Position numbers and translations under genes: made by a program | In this document: positions 37,228 through 48,900 of the stretch, one piece after another | Numbering within the stretch: the stretch's first letter is position 1 | How the letters are laid out: each line of letters begins with the position of its first letter | Notes under the pieces: model-generated | What the model saw: only the letters and a program-made list of their open reading frames with translations | Told to the model about the DNA's origin: nothing | Database searches by the model: none | Assembly: GCA_000004985.1 (NCBI GenBank) | Contig: GG738853.1 | DNA length: 64,000 nucleotides | From: Naegleria gruberi | Taxonomy: Eukaryota | Reading direction: 5' to 3' (one strand)

Positions 37228-38496
37228 TTAATGCCAAGATTGATTTAAAATCATAAGCAACAAATCTTGATAATTCCAACCAATTTCTCTAGCAGCAATT
37301 GCAGATAAACTGTCTTGATTGTCTCTATTATCTCTTCCAGGTCCTGTCATGTTTGGTTTCATATTCAAATCAAACATTTTAAACTCAACAGAGTCTGAAG
37401 TTTGGTGAGATCGACAGTCAATTCTAATTGGAGCCTTAGCTTGAACAAGCTCAGCAGCTTTTTCACATGCTTTAATTATCTTTTGGATGGCTTCATCTGA
37501 ATCAAAATCCTTCAATACTACACTATTATTTACAACTGCCACAATACCATTGTATGGAGCAACACCATTTTGATGGTTGAATCTTTTTACAGGTGGAAGA
37601 GCCCAATGATTTGAAAATTCCATTTCTTGAATATCGTACATTATATAATTTCCTGGTGGCATGACAGTCAGTGTCAATTCATCACCATTTAAAAATTCCT
37701 CAACTATAAAATAATAGCCATATTTTGGAACTGGTTTGTTATTCACTTGAATGGTTTGGTTGATTAATTGAGTTGACTTTTCTACAAAACTGTCAAAATT
37801 ATCAACCTTTTCAACTCCTTCACTTCCTCTTCCTCTCACAGGTTTAATAATGAGTGGAAATTCAATACCGTTCTCCCTCAAAGATTCCTCAGATAATTCC
37901 TCCAAAATTTTAATACCTTCCTTATAAAATCCAAGTAATTTCATTTCTTCCAACTTTTCCCTCGTAGAGACAATCAATGAATTAGCAACTGGTAAATTCT
38001 CCTTCTTTAACATTTGATTCGTATCAAACTTGTCATCAAATTGTTGAACCAACTTTGGATGTTGTCCAACAAATTCCACTCCTCTCAAATCCAAACCACA
38101 CCACTCACTCACTTCACATTGACTCTCCACTTGTTTCTGTTGAGCTCTGATCAAATCATGCAACGGATGCTCCTCAAACAATACAGTATTTGCCCAAATC
38201 ACCTTTGCACCCTTCTTCAAACACTCCTCAATACCTTCCTTTGAATCGGGAAAAACCCACTCCAAATCATCCCACAATTTAGCATCATCCACACTCATCA
38301 TCCTAATCAACATATCATGAAGATGCAACATGCCTCTTTGTGGTGTTACAATGGTTCGATTTGCCGCCAATAAATTAAAGGCAATATCAGCGCCCGAATC
38401 CTTGTACCCACCTGGTTTGCACGGCTTGAGAATACCATCAATGGTCGGAGGTTGAATGGCTTGATAGAGAATGGCAATGGGTTGATGTCTTTTCAT
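37228..38496 (-). CDS. ATP-grasp fold enzyme (substrate unknown)
   Basis: 422-aa ORF whose ATG follows an A-run (aaaaaaaATG on the minus strand). The central motif IIKPVRGRGSEGVEKV, together with downstream E/N-rich strands, is typical of the nucleotide-binding core of ATP-grasp ligases. Stop is TAA. Confidence 0.5.
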   Translation of the reverse strand: MKRHQPIAILYQAIQPPTIDGILKPCKPGGYKDSGADIAFNLLAANRTIVTPQRGMLHLHDMLIRMMSVDDAKLWDDLEWVFPDSKEGIEECLKKGAKVIWANTVLFEEHPLHDLIRAQQKQVESQCEVSEWCGLDLRGVEFVGQHPKLVQQFDDKFDTNQMLKKENLPVANSLIVSTREKLEEMKLLGFYKEGIKILEELSEESLRENGIEFPLIIKPVRGRGSEGVEKVDNFDSFVEKSTQLINQTIQVNNKPVPKYGYYFIVEEFLNGDELTLTVMPPGNYIMYDIQEMEFSNHWALPPVKRFNHQNGVAPYNGIVAVVNNSVVLKDFDSDEAIQKIIKACEKAAELVQAKAPIRIDCRSHQTSDSVEFKMFDLNMKPNMTGPGRDNRDNQDSLSAIAAREIGWNYQDLLLMILNQSWH

Positions 38497-39007
38497 TTTT
38501 TTTTAAAAAGAAATAAAAATTTGAAAAAGTTATTTTGCAATTGGAAACAATTGAATTATTGGAATCAATACGAAAGATATGGTTTCGAATTTCGAAGAAT
38601 AAATTGGATAAAGAAGTTATTCGAAAGGTAAGTGATATTAAGTTGAATGGTGTAATTGATGTTTGTAAAATTGTTTTTTGTAACTTGGGTTCGATTTAAC
38701 GGTTATCTTTATGACAAGCAAATACCGCCAGTCAAATGTCAAACACTACCATTAAAAAAAATGAGGCCTCATGCCGTGGCCTCTTCATCGAGTCTCTCCA
38801 CACGACCTATGGTTAGAAAGATAGTTTCCGATATTGAAAACTTTCTCATCGAAGGTTTGTGTTTTAAAATTCACAAGAAAATTAATTTTCCCGCTTCTTT
38901 TTGAAATCTTTGAAAAAACGGAAAAAAATTTGAAAAAACCAAAAATCTTCATCATTTGTTTTTATTCATTTAAATAATTATTATTATTATATTACTATAA
39001 CAACAAA

Positions 39008-39082
39008 ATGTCGGAATTTTGCTGGAAATACTCTCGGAATGGATCATATAATCGAATGAAAATTTTGGAAAATTCATGATGA
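39008..39082 (+). other. Short upstream ORF (24 codons) ahead of the giant ORF, or a remnant of its first exon
   Basis: ATG at 39008 (aacaaaATGtcg) opens a 24-codon frame ending in TGA. It lies in a different frame from the downstream 2221-aa ORF. Confidence 0.3.
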
Positions 39083-39113
39083 TATCAAAATAGTTGAGAA
39101 AAGTAAAGACCAA

Positions 39114-42100
39114 GTGATTCCGGTCATTCCCATCACAGCCTCCTACTATCGAGATAAGGTTTCCTACTTTAAAGAACAATTGAGAAAGCAGAGATTGTAT
39201 TCCAATCAGACAGCCACTCTCCTTCCTTCAGCTAGTAATTTTGCAGATGATTCATCCTCATCCTTCCAACAACAACAACATTCAACAACTACCTCTCCCT
39301 TCAATCCATCAACAAAGAGATTTATAGGAGGGAATGCATCACCGAATAATGGACCAGTTACCATCACAAAGAAAGGAACTGATAATTCTGTAAATAGTGA
39401 TTTGGATTATTTCGATGATAAGTGGAGTCTCTACAGAGAGTACATTACTCTCCAGAAACAAATTGAGGAAGTTCAACAGGATTCGGATTTGAATTATATT
39501 GAAATGAGAAGGAGAGTCGATTTGGCTCAAGTTTTCAGAGAACATGGAGAATTTTCTGAAGCTTTTATTCAATTAGAACTTGTGGAACAGTCGGCTCAAC
39601 AGAAGGCAGAGAGTGGTGAATTTGATCCAAAAGTTGAGTTGTTACATGCCAAATGTCTGTTTTTACTTTCAATTGTTTTGAAACAAAAGAATAGATCAGA
39701 TGATGCAACAGAATATTTGGAATCTTCAAAGGAAAGAACTGATTACTTGCTCAAAGTAATTTCTCCAGCAAATACTCACAAGGATCAGTGTACTAATTTT
39801 GTTTTCAAATCGGCTCGTTTACTGCTCTCTGAAATTTCCCTGTACAGCTCTGAGGATTTAATTTCACAACAACAAAAGAACTTTCAAGCCCTTCCATTGG
39901 GTCAAAAACTCACCATCAATGAAGAAGCAAATATTGAAAAGATTTTGAGTGAATATCTCATACCTGGCTTGCAGAATGTGAAAATTGTGAGTGGCTCCCA
40001 GAAGGTTACAGTTTCCAATTTGGAAGTTTTCAGAAATTTGTGTTACTACTCTGCTGTTTGTATGATGATGTTGAGGGAAAACAAACTTTCCAAACAGTTA
40101 CTCTCTGTCGCAGAGAATACCTCTCCACTCAAATCAAATGGAAAGAATCACAATAGAAGTGATAGTGACATTTATCTGGAAGCCAATGTGGAAATTGATA
40201 AGAAAATTACTAAACTAGCCATCGATATCAAAATTGCAGAGGAAAAGATGGAAAAGGAAAAGCAAGCATCAACCTCTCAAAAGCACACCTCAAAGAATCA
40301 CAAATTTAAGGATGATAGTGATGAAAGCGACGATGATGCTTGGGATGATTTTGTGCCAACAGGAGCTCTCTCTGGCTTGGCTAAACTAATTCTAGGAGAT
40401 AACAGTGAAGAGGAAGACGCAGATGAAGATCCAATCAGTACTGACATCTTCCCTTCCAAATACAGACTTTTCAAGTCTAGAATTTATAAGGAGGAAGACG
40501 ACAAGTTACCTCAATGTATTTTAACAGACTCGCTGGTGAATCCAATTGGAGTGTCTCCCATGTCACCAGCTTGCAGTAATACATTTAGTAATAGAGAGGA
40601 ATTTAAAAAGTGGATACAACTCTTGAATGCAATTCCAACCAATCCAAATCCTTACACACAAAACATTCCAGTAACAATTTTCGGATATAGTCTTAATGAT
40701 CGATTGCAAATGAATGGTAATCAATTGTGCAGTCTCTACGATAAGCTGATACAGAGCGAGGCATTTACCTCAAAATGGATCAAAGTGTATTTTGAGCTGT
40801 GCACTCGGTTGTACAATGTCAGCTCGATGGAAATGATGATTTCACAACAACAAACAGAAGTTTCTCAACAGGCTCTCTCACTCCAACAAAAATGTGCACA
40901 AATGCTGTTGAACTATTTCAACTTGTTAAAGCAACACAAAACCAAGCATTCTTCAATGTCTTCATCTATTATTTCTGCATCCATGTCTAATATAGATTCG
41001 AATCCAGATATCATGAGCAAATTGAATGATATTTCAGACAAGTTGGTCGAAAAGAAAGCCTTCCTTTTCACAGTAAGTATGGAAATGTTTGCCATTGCAG
41101 GTAGACTCTTCCATCCAGAAGAAGAGGAAATTGGATTTATTGTAGGTGTGTTGAAGGAATGGTTTGGTTCTCAGATAATGTACATTCAATTGGCCAAACT
41201 TCAAGCAACCATCCGATTCCACATGAGATTATTCCGATATGATTGCATGATGCCAATGAAGGAAGAAATTAGAAAAGTCTACGATGAATTACTTAATTTA
41301 TTCGATAATATTGAATCTGCTGAATCATTACCAACTGCCGAGAGTCCACAACCTAATGCTGTCAACCACAGATCATCTGCAAGAAATAATCAAGCTTACA
41401 GTATTGAAAAGCACTATTCTCCAAATCTTTCCACAGTTGCTGCCAAGGTCATTATTCTGTTCCACAGATATCACAACTTTTGGATCACATCTCTGAGAAG
41501 AGGTTCTGCAGATGATGAATGGGCCTACATGCCAGAGCTACCAAAGCACAAACTCTTATCAGATAAGGAAAGATTTTCACTCCTCCTAAGAAAGTATTAT
41601 CCAAAGATTCCTCTCTGTCATACGAAAGCAGAAGTTGCCTATACTGTTGGAAGTTACTGGTTGAGACAACCTAAATCTAAGGATGATAGACAATTGGCAG
41701 AGTGTGTTCTCTTTGAATGTATATATCTGTATTATAAGTTGAGTCAGAGCGTTCAATCTTTTGGTTTTTCATTCATGATTACCAATGATGCTCTAAAGGC
41801 ATTGAAGAAATTTTCAGAGGTTCTCTATGCCAATGACAAGTACGAGTACTCCTCCCTGTGCTATGAAGTCTATGTGAACAATTACAAATTGTTGAGAGGA
41901 CGACACGATTATCAGTTCATTGACGATCTCACATCCGTAACAACGAAACACAATGACTACAAGCACTCTGTCAAGTATTATGAAATTCTCTACGAAAAGG
42001 CAAAGGAAGAAAAGAAGATTCCACAAATTGCCAGACTATCAACAAAATTGGCCAATCTTTATATGGAAAAGGGTGAAGTATTGGAAGCAGAGAGAATTAA

Positions 42101-45100
42101 ATTGGAATCGATTGACTATGCCAAGAGATATGGTACATTGATGGACTATAAGACGGATCTTGAAATTGAGCTGGGCACCTTACTGTTGCAGGGAGGTAAA
42201 TTTGAGAAGTGTATTGCTGTACTTTATAGTGTAGCACAAGAACAGGCCAACAAGAGACACATTGTCTATGAAATTCTATCGAGAGCCTACCTCAAGAAAC
42301 GTTGGTTTGCCGAGTGTGAAGATTCTCTCACAGAAATAGCCAATGTATTGGTAAACTTTTATATTCAATTGAACCAACAACAAGAAATGAGAATTTTGGA
42401 AACTGTGAGCAAGTACTACTTTAAACGTAGCATGTTTGGATATGCACTCGAGTGTGTAAATATTGCCCTCTATAGATGTTCAGGAACATTTGCTGTTCTT
42501 GCCAATCTATTCAAGCTTAAGGGAAAGATTCTGAAATCAATTTGTCAGTACAGCACTCGTCTCTCCTTCCCATGTTCTATTAGTGAATCTACGGAGGAAG
42601 AATTACATCAGCTTGTCACCCAAATAGAACAAACTCCTTCCAATAGAAATAATCTCTATGAAGGTATCAATGAAAATGATTGTTCCTTTGTTTTCAGCAA
42701 GAGGCCAACTTACTACTGCGTTGCACAACTGTTACAGGATTGCATCGACTGTTTCACAAAAGCTGCTGGATACTATGAAGCTTGTTCAAATCAAATTGGA
42801 GAGGCCAAGGTTAATTTGCTAATTTCTGAAACTCTACTTGATTATTTGTTTGTTCCTGTTGCTCTTCTTGGAAAGGATCCAGAGCCATATATCAAGCTCA
42901 AAGAACAGAGTGAGGAAAATAGAAAGAAGAATGCTGATCCTCAACACAGCCAATTCAAACCTATTACACCATTGGACTATCTCGATTTGAATCACATATT
43001 TGCAAACTATATTGAAGCTGCATTGGAAACTTCAGTGGCTGCATGTGATGTCTTTTTGTGCATGAATTCGTATATCACTTCTGCCGAGTGTAAATATTTG
43101 CAAGGCAAAATTTCAAGTGCCAAGAGTTTTTGGTGTGAATGTAGAGATGTTCTTTTCACTCTTTTCATTGATAGTGACTCACATGTGATATTGTCATCTG
43201 GTACTCCACTTGGTGTTATTGAAAAGCTCATGATTATTGTAAAGAGAATGGTTCGTCTCTTGTTCTGCTTTGAACCTGAATTTGTCAATCAACATTTAGG
43301 AATTTTTGATGTATACTATGTAATTGATATTCAATATGAACAGGCAGCTAAAAGATTGCCAACATTTGATGCTGAAAGTGAATACGTCGATAAGGATCAG
43401 CAACATCCATTATCCCTCGAGTATTATAACAATTACTTCTACTCAAATTTGGATAAGATTATTGGAAATAATAAGCAATTATCAGAGGCAGATAAGCAAC
43501 TTCTCATCAAGAACAAACTCTTTGAAATTTTACAAAAGAGAGTGACTGCCACTTCTTCAACCTATTTAACACCTTCACTACCTTCTTCCTTCTCTTCTTC
43601 ATCTCTGAGTACATTGACTACACTTAGAAAGGGTACTCTAAAGAAGTCAGCCTCCATTTCATCCAGCTCAAGTAATGATAAATCAAGCGAAGGATCATTG
43701 GGAAGTGCCACAATTTCACAATTCCTAGATGTTCCAACAACAACACACAAGAAGAGCTCACCATCAGAATTTATCAAACCAAACATGACTCAACTCAAGC
43801 AAAAGATTTTGGAAAGAGTTTTCGGATGTATCTTGACTATGAAGCAAGACAGTAAAAAGTATTCGAATGAAATTCACGACAGACTTAAGGCCAGAAATCA
43901 AGAATGTATGAGAAGATTGTACAATTTAATGAATGCCATCAGAGAGAGTGGAATTTCTATCTCCAAACACAAGAAGGGTAAGAAAGGTGCCTCTACCATT
44001 AATTTCTCAAATGAAGCTCCTTTGAGTCCACTCTTTGCAAAATCTCCACATATTGTCTCGCCAAAACAACGTGAAAGATCCATGTCTGTTGATGCTGGAA
44101 ACACTGGAGGTACTCTGATGACAATGGACTTGCTTCCAGGAGATGTAGAATTGATGGAAATGCTTATCAGAACTGTAAATCTCCAAAAGGGAACAAAATT
44201 GAAAGGAACCATTCAACAAACTATGAATATTCACCTCATCTTGGAAAGAAACATTGCAAGGTATACATCCATTTCACCAGATATTAATTGCCTTGAGGAA
44301 AATTTCAAACTCGTCCAAAAGATGAAACTGTTGGACCAATTGGTCTATGTCTTTTATATTGACAGTGTTTTGATTTTCTACATTCCTAAAGAAGGTAGAA
44401 AGGTTGTCATACCTTTTGGTGGAAGAGATCACGCAATATTGGATGATAAAATTAGAAATGTTATCGATCTCAATGAAAGCCCGGCTACTCCAAGACGAGG
44501 TCAAAACGATTCTGTGGAATTCCTCTCCAATAAGGTATCCAATTGGAGTACAAAAGATTTAGGAAAGGACTTGACTCTCATTGACGATTACTTACTCACT
44601 TTGATAACCAGGAGTGCTCGAGAAAAGAAAACTAAAAAGTTTACTCACGAAGATATTGTCAAGGGATTGAGCAAGGTTCTGAATGCCCAATCAGTATTCT
44701 CATACAAGCCAGACCTTGCTAAATACGAAGAATTCAAAAAGAGTATTTCACTGCTGAACTTTTCCTTCAAACAATTATACACTCAAAAAACAGGAACAAT
44801 CTCAGGTACTTTATCATCAACATTTGGTCGTAAAAAATCTATTGGCTCAATACCAAAACTCGATCAATTACCAACCTTTGATGATCATATTATTCTTCTC
44901 TGTAATAGTTTCCTGAATGTAATACCTTGGGAGCTTCTGTTTGAAGTTAGCTTGACGAGAGTGAATGCTATTCAGTACTTTATTGGAAGAATCAAGAAGA
45001 AGAAATCCAGTGAAGCCAAGATTAGTAGATTCATTGCTTTCTACTCTGAAGATGAAGCCAAATTCATTTTGCCTGCAGAACAAGAAAGAAAGGAATGGAT

Positions 45101-45779
45101 TTTCGAAGATATTCAATGTAAGCTCAACTTTAGAAGATCAAAAACTGCTGGAAGAATTCACAAAGATTTACAAGATATTCCGTTCCACACACCAATCATT
45201 AAGAATGGAAAGAAACCAACCAAGAGTAGCTACAAGAAAAAGTATGAATTTGTTTCATTTATTGAACTTTCCTCGATTGTCAATGCCCAAAACTCAAATC
45301 TGATACGTACCCTCCAAGAAAAGGTTGGCAAAGATGAATTCCCAGTCTTCCTTTTCACATGGTCCGATTTGGCAAACCTCTCCAATATTATTCACTTCAT
45401 CTTTTTGTACATTCCTGATTGCTCTCTGTTATTTGTTCCAGAAATGGATATGAAGAAGTGTGTGAAATATCTCATGATGTTATTGGAAACCTACTTGCCC
45501 CAATTATGCTCATCATCTCCAAAAACTCTCAGTGTTCCAATGATGAATGGTGGTGACAGTACTACACCATCAACACCAAATGGTGAATCAACCAATTCAT
45601 CATCCATTCCACCAGAAAGAAGAAACCTTCACAAATTCTTACTCTTTGCCACCAAACTTCTGAAGGATGAATTCGAAATCCCAACAGCTCTCTTCTTCCC
45701 TCCATCTCTCTATACCAAACCAACTAAAAAGAAACCAAGTGCTTCTTCCTCCTTCTTTGATGTTTCTCCGAGAAGGTAA
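39114..45779 (+). CDS. Very large protein of helical repeats, S-rich linker and C-terminal globular domain (separase-like?)
   Basis: Uninterrupted 2221-codon frame ending in TAA. The N-terminal ~1500 aa read as amphipathic helical repeats. A Ser-rich disordered segment follows (LPSSFSSSSLSTLTTLRK...SSSSSNDKSS). The C-terminal domain contains ...HIILLCNSFLNVIPWELLFEVSLTRVNAIQYF..., which resembles the LPWE(S) segment that precedes the separase protease domain. I could not find the catalytic GHG / GCSS motifs. The track start (39114) is a GTG, and there is no in-frame ATG until about codon 125, so the true 5' end is unresolved. Confidence 0.6.
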   Translation: MIPVIPITASYYRDKVSYFKEQLRKQRLYSNQTATLLPSASNFADDSSSSFQQQQHSTTTSPFNPSTKRFIGGNASPNNGPVTITKKGTDNSVNSDLDYFDDKWSLYREYITLQKQIEEVQQDSDLNYIEMRRRVDLAQVFREHGEFSEAFIQLELVEQSAQQKAESGEFDPKVELLHAKCLFLLSIVLKQKNRSDDATEYLESSKERTDYLLKVISPANTHKDQCTNFVFKSARLLLSEISLYSSEDLISQQQKNFQALPLGQKLTINEEANIEKILSEYLIPGLQNVKIVSGSQKVTVSNLEVFRNLCYYSAVCMMMLRENKLSKQLLSVAENTSPLKSNGKNHNRSDSDIYLEANVEIDKKITKLAIDIKIAEEKMEKEKQASTSQKHTSKNHKFKDDSDESDDDAWDDFVPTGALSGLAKLILGDNSEEEDADEDPISTDIFPSKYRLFKSRIYKEEDDKLPQCILTDSLVNPIGVSPMSPACSNTFSNREEFKKWIQLLNAIPTNPNPYTQNIPVTIFGYSLNDRLQMNGNQLCSLYDKLIQSEAFTSKWIKVYFELCTRLYNVSSMEMMISQQQTEVSQQALSLQQKCAQMLLNYFNLLKQHKTKHSSMSSSIISASMSNIDSNPDIMSKLNDISDKLVEKKAFLFTVSMEMFAIAGRLFHPEEEEIGFIVGVLKEWFGSQIMYIQLAKLQATIRFHMRLFRYDCMMPMKEEIRKVYDELLNLFDNIESAESLPTAESPQPNAVNHRSSARNNQAYSIEKHYSPNLSTVAAKVIILFHRYHNFWITSLRRGSADDEWAYMPELPKHKLLSDKERFSLLLRKYYPKIPLCHTKAEVAYTVGSYWLRQPKSKDDRQLAECVLFECIYLYYKLSQSVQSFGFSFMITNDALKALKKFSEVLYANDKYEYSSLCYEVYVNNYKLLRGRHDYQFIDDLTSVTTKHNDYKHSVKYYEILYEKAKEEKKIPQIARLSTKLANLYMEKGEVLEAERIKLESIDYAKRYGTLMDYKTDLEIELGTLLLQGGKFEKCIAVLYSVAQEQANKRHIVYEILSRAYLKKRWFAECEDSLTEIANVLVNFYIQLNQQQEMRILETVSKYYFKRSMFGYALECVNIALYRCSGTFAVLANLFKLKGKILKSICQYSTRLSFPCSISESTEEELHQLVTQIEQTPSNRNNLYEGINENDCSFVFSKRPTYYCVAQLLQDCIDCFTKAAGYYEACSNQIGEAKVNLLISETLLDYLFVPVALLGKDPEPYIKLKEQSEENRKKNADPQHSQFKPITPLDYLDLNHIFANYIEAALETSVAACDVFLCMNSYITSAECKYLQGKISSAKSFWCECRDVLFTLFIDSDSHVILSSGTPLGVIEKLMIIVKRMVRLLFCFEPEFVNQHLGIFDVYYVIDIQYEQAAKRLPTFDAESEYVDKDQQHPLSLEYYNNYFYSNLDKIIGNNKQLSEADKQLLIKNKLFEILQKRVTATSSTYLTPSLPSSFSSSSLSTLTTLRKGTLKKSASISSSSSNDKSSEGSLGSATISQFLDVPTTTHKKSSPSEFIKPNMTQLKQKILERVFGCILTMKQDSKKYSNEIHDRLKARNQECMRRLYNLMNAIRESGISISKHKKGKKGASTINFSNEAPLSPLFAKSPHIVSPKQRERSMSVDAGNTGGTLMTMDLLPGDVELMEMLIRTVNLQKGTKLKGTIQQTMNIHLILERNIARYTSISPDINCLEENFKLVQKMKLLDQLVYVFYIDSVLIFYIPKEGRKVVIPFGGRDHAILDDKIRNVIDLNESPATPRRGQNDSVEFLSNKVSNWSTKDLGKDLTLIDDYLLTLITRSAREKKTKKFTHEDIVKGLSKVLNAQSVFSYKPDLAKYEEFKKSISLLNFSFKQLYTQKTGTISGTLSSTFGRKKSIGSIPKLDQLPTFDDHIILLCNSFLNVIPWELLFEVSLTRVNAIQYFIGRIKKKKSSEAKISRFIAFYSEDEAKFILPAEQERKEWIFEDIQCKLNFRRSKTAGRIHKDLQDIPFHTPIIKNGKKPTKSSYKKKYEFVSFIELSSIVNAQNSNLIRTLQEKVGKDEFPVFLFTWSDLANLSNIIHFIFLYIPDCSLLFVPEMDMKKCVKYLMMLLETYLPQLCSSSPKTLSVPMMNGGDSTTPSTPNGESTNSSSIPPERRNLHKFLLFATKLLKDEFEIPTALFFPPSLYTKPTKKKPSASSSFFDVSPRR

Positions 45780-45973
45780 AAATACATTCACATTTCAATG
45801 AATCTTTGCATTTTCATTTTGGTACTTTCCACATACATGCTTTTCAATCAATTATCATTATTTCACCATTTTCACCCATATCAATTTGATTGGTATTCAA
45901 TAAATCTTTGTATTCGATTCCATCATGGATTGCGCCAAAATTGATTTGATGATGAAACCTTAATCAAAAAAAA

Positions 45974-48900
45974 ATGCTCAAACATCATACCAGGCGATTT
46001 ATTCTCTCTCGTTGCTCAACGACGGAGAAGATGAATTTGTTATTTAAAATTAGCAATAGTAGTAGTGGATCTTTGTCATCTTGCTGTTCCGTATCATCTG
46101 ATGTGATGAAAAAGTTTAATCATGATGGAAAGTTGTCGGAAAGAACAAGTGGAATGATGAATTTTAGTACAATGCTGTCGAGTCAATTGGCCAAATCGAT
46201 TGAACAACAATATCAAAAAAAGACTCCTATTGAACATGTTTTGGAAAGACCGGATACCTATGTAGGAAGTACGGAGAGGATGAAAAAGAAGTTATTCTGC
46301 TTGGATTCTGTTAATAATATCAAATTGAAGGAAGTTGATTTTATACCTGCATTGTATAGAATTATTGATGAAATTTTGGTCAATGCTGTGGATAACCATC
46401 ATAGAAAAGGAACACATACTAATGAACTGAGAGTCACAATTGATGAAGCAAAAAATTGGATTCACATCCGAAATAATGGCAAGTCAGTTCCAGTGGAAAT
46501 GCACAAGATTGAGAAAATTTACGTCCCTGAATTGGTATTTGGTAACTTGTTGACTGGTTCTAATTTTGATGACAATGAAGTTAAATTCACAGGAGGTAGA
46601 AATGGATACGGAGCAAAATTAGCAAATATTTTCAGTACAGATTTTACTATTGAAATTATGGATCACAAAGGTACACACTATATTCAAAATTGGAAGAAGA
46701 ATATGAGTCAAATTTCAACACCTACCATTGTGGAAAACAAACAAAAAACAGAACCATACATTCAAGTTTCATTCCATCCTGATTTTAAGAAATTCCAAAG
46801 TACTGGACTAAACAAGGAATTGAACATGATCGATTTACTCAAGAGAAGAATTTATGATCTTTCAGCTTGTAATCCAAAGTTGAATGTTTATCTGAATGAC
46901 AAGAAAGTTGAAGTTGATAATTTCAAAGAATATGTGAAATTATTCTATCAAAATAACAGCTCTGGAGAGCATCCAGAAAAGATGTTTGTTCACAAGCATA
47001 TTTGTGATGGATGGGAAATTGCCATAGGAGCATCAGTTGGAGAGGAATTTAATCAAATTAGTTTTGTAAATAGTATTGCCACAGTTCAAGGAGGATCTCA
47101 TGTGAATTTTGTTCTCAACCAACTTTCCACAAAAATCAGCGAATATATTGCCAAGACTTATACAGACCTCCAATTAACAATCTCCCCATATATGGTTAGA
47201 AATCATATCACTCTATTTATTAATTCTCTTATTGAAAATCCTACTTTTGACAGTCAAACTAAGGAAACCCTGACAACCAAGTCTATTTCATTTGCCCAAA
47301 AAGTGGTCATTTCCAATGATTTAATCAACAGTATTGCTAATCATACCCCAATAATTGACAATATTATTGCCTTTGCAAATTATAAGCAATCATCAGCTAG
47401 TTCTAAAAAGTTCAAGAAGAGAGAATCAAAATTATTGATTCCAAAATTGGATGATGCCAACTTGGCCGGAACTAATAGATCTATGGAATGTGTCTTGATT
47501 CTTACAGAAGGTGATTCTGCCAAAGCATTGGCTATTTCTGGTCTCTCTGTTGTTGGAAGAGATAGATTTGGAGTCTTTCCACTCAAAGGTAAATTATTGA
47601 ATGTGAGAGAAGCATCTGCTGACCAAATTAGAGATAATCAGGAAATTCAAAACCTCAAAAAGATTCTTGGTCTCGATGACGTTTCCAAAACTGATTCTTT
47701 CGAAGAATTGACCAAAAGATTGAGATATGGTAAAGTCATGCTAATGTGTGATCAAGATCACGATGGTTCCCACATTAAGGGTTTGCTACTCAATATGATT
47801 CACTTCTTTTATCCTGAATTGTTGAGAAATAATTTTGTGGATGAATTCATTACACCAATCATTAAGGTATCAAAAGGATCTGATGTTAAAAGCTTCTTCT
47901 CCATTCCTGAATTCCAAAATTGGTGGACCAAAGTGCCAGAAAATGAAAAGAATAGATGGAATCAAAAGTATTACAAGGGTCTGGGTACCAATTCTTCAAA
48001 GGAAGCCAAAGATTACTTCTCCAATCTGAAACGACACGTCATTGCACTGCAATATGATGACGATAGTGAACCTAATATTGAATTGGCCTTCTCCAAAGAT
48101 TTGGCAAATGCCAGAAAGTCATGGGTAGCTTCTCTTAAGGATGGAACTTTCCTCGATACAACAAATGGCAAGGTGACCATAACTGACTTTATTAATAATG
48201 AACTTATTCTCTTCTCGAATCAAAACAATATCAGATCTATTCCATCTATTGTGGATGGACTCAAACCAAGTCAACGTAAGATTCTCTTTGCTTGTCTCAA
48301 GAGAGATCTCAAAGATGAAATCAAGGTAGCTCAATTGGCTGGTTATGTCAGCGAGCACAGTGCCTATCATCATGGTGAACAATCTCTGTACGGAACCATT
48401 ACAAGCATGGCCCAAGACTTTGTTGGAGCCAATAATATTCCATTACTGTATCCAAGTGGTCAGTTTGGTACTCGTCTACAAGGCGGTGATGATGCTGCCA
48501 GTGCCAGATATATCTATACTAGATTGAACAAGCTTACACGATTGATTTTCCTCAAGGAAGATGATCAAATTTTGGACTATCAAGAAGAGGATGGTATGAT
48601 TATTGAACCAAAGTTTTATCTTCCAATTATTCCAATGTTGCTTGTCAATGGAGCAGAAGGTATGGGAACTGGTTGGTCTACATCTATTCCATCTTTTAAT
48701 CCAATTGATTTGATTGATTCTTTGAATATTCTTCTTGATAGTAATGCAGAAAATATTGGAAATGTGAAATTACCATCACTTGATATGTGGGCCAGAGGAT
48801 TCAAGGGTAAAATTGAAATGAATGATTCTGGAAAGTTTATCTCCAAAGGTATTTTCAAAATGAAATCTAGAGGTGATTCAATTGAATTTGACATTTCAGA

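Noticed and set aside
38656-38904. 82-codon ORF in the 37228/39114 intergenic region, and a GC-rich hairpin GAGGCC-tcatgccgt-GGCCTC (~38768..38788) inside it
   Set aside because: It has no homology signal and no conserved start context, and its composition is unlike neighbouring genes. It could be an unrecognised 5' exon of the giant gene, but I cannot connect it by canonical splice sites. The hairpin is short enough to arise by chance.
38970-39000. (ATT)n-like microsatellite (aattattattattatattactataa)
   Set aside because: It is a short, imperfect AT-rich simple sequence typical of intergenic DNA in this genome and is unremarkable.
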